A DNA stretch of 35,519 nt from Pseudogymnoascus verrucosus. Taxonomy: Eukaryota. Where the stretch lies: the NCBI GenBank assembly GCA_001662655.1, contig KV460229.1; one strand, written 5' to 3'. Shown here piece after piece: positions 35,330 through 35,519 of the stretch (its first letter is position 1; each line of letters opens with the position of its first letter). The position numbers and the translations under genes were made by a program. The notes beneath the pieces were generated by a model. It was not told the DNA's origin and did not search any database. It saw only the letters and a list, made by a program, of their open reading frames with translations.

Positions 35330-35519
35330 CGCCACTCTTAACTACGCTATTCCACAGTATTTAAAAATGATTAACAAGCTTAATCATATGCTAAAGGAAG
35401 TGGGTGAGCAGTCTACAATTAGGATTGCATGCAACGTAGCGCTTTACAAGCTAAATGAGTATTATACTCTTACAGCAAACTAGCAGTATAGCCACCTAAG
35501 TGTAGCTACAATTTGTGAT
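35330..35519 (+). mobile_element. hAT-type transposase fragment running off the window
   Basis: TLNYAIPQY...AC.VA..KLNEYY...*QYSHLSVATICD resembles the hAT 'KL..YY...A.I.DPR' segment. Confidence 0.55.

Overview
Filamentous-ascomycete (Pezizomycotina-type) genomic DNA: GT-AG introns with CTRAC branch points, a Zn2Cys6 regulator and a RIP-like mutation signature. It is an accessory-type mosaic. (1) 0.2-11.3 kb is a five-gene catabolic cluster killed by C>T/G>A nonsense mutations: hydantoinase/oxoprolinase, Zn2Cys6 TF, S9 peptidase, sugar-alcohol SDR and class II aldolase. (2) Inside it sits a 1,490-bp insertion carrying a Ty3/Gypsy integrase-chromodomain fragment. It is bounded by 186-bp INVERTED TG..CA termini and a 5-bp target-site duplication. 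(3) 12.7-34.6 kb holds intact or nearly intact tailoring genes (HXXXD acyltransferase, multicopper oxidase, fatty-acid hydroxylase/desaturase, 14-TM MFS pump, Eht1-like hydrolase, ene-reductase), separated by MULE, DUF3505, Tc1-like and hAT remnants. (4) A degenerate 300-430 bp repeat occurs three times, each directly upstream of a gene and in the same orientation relative to it. The inverted-terminus Gypsy-integrase element and this recurrent promoter-proximal repeat are the best candidates for something undescribed. All family calls come from manual motif recognition, not database searches.
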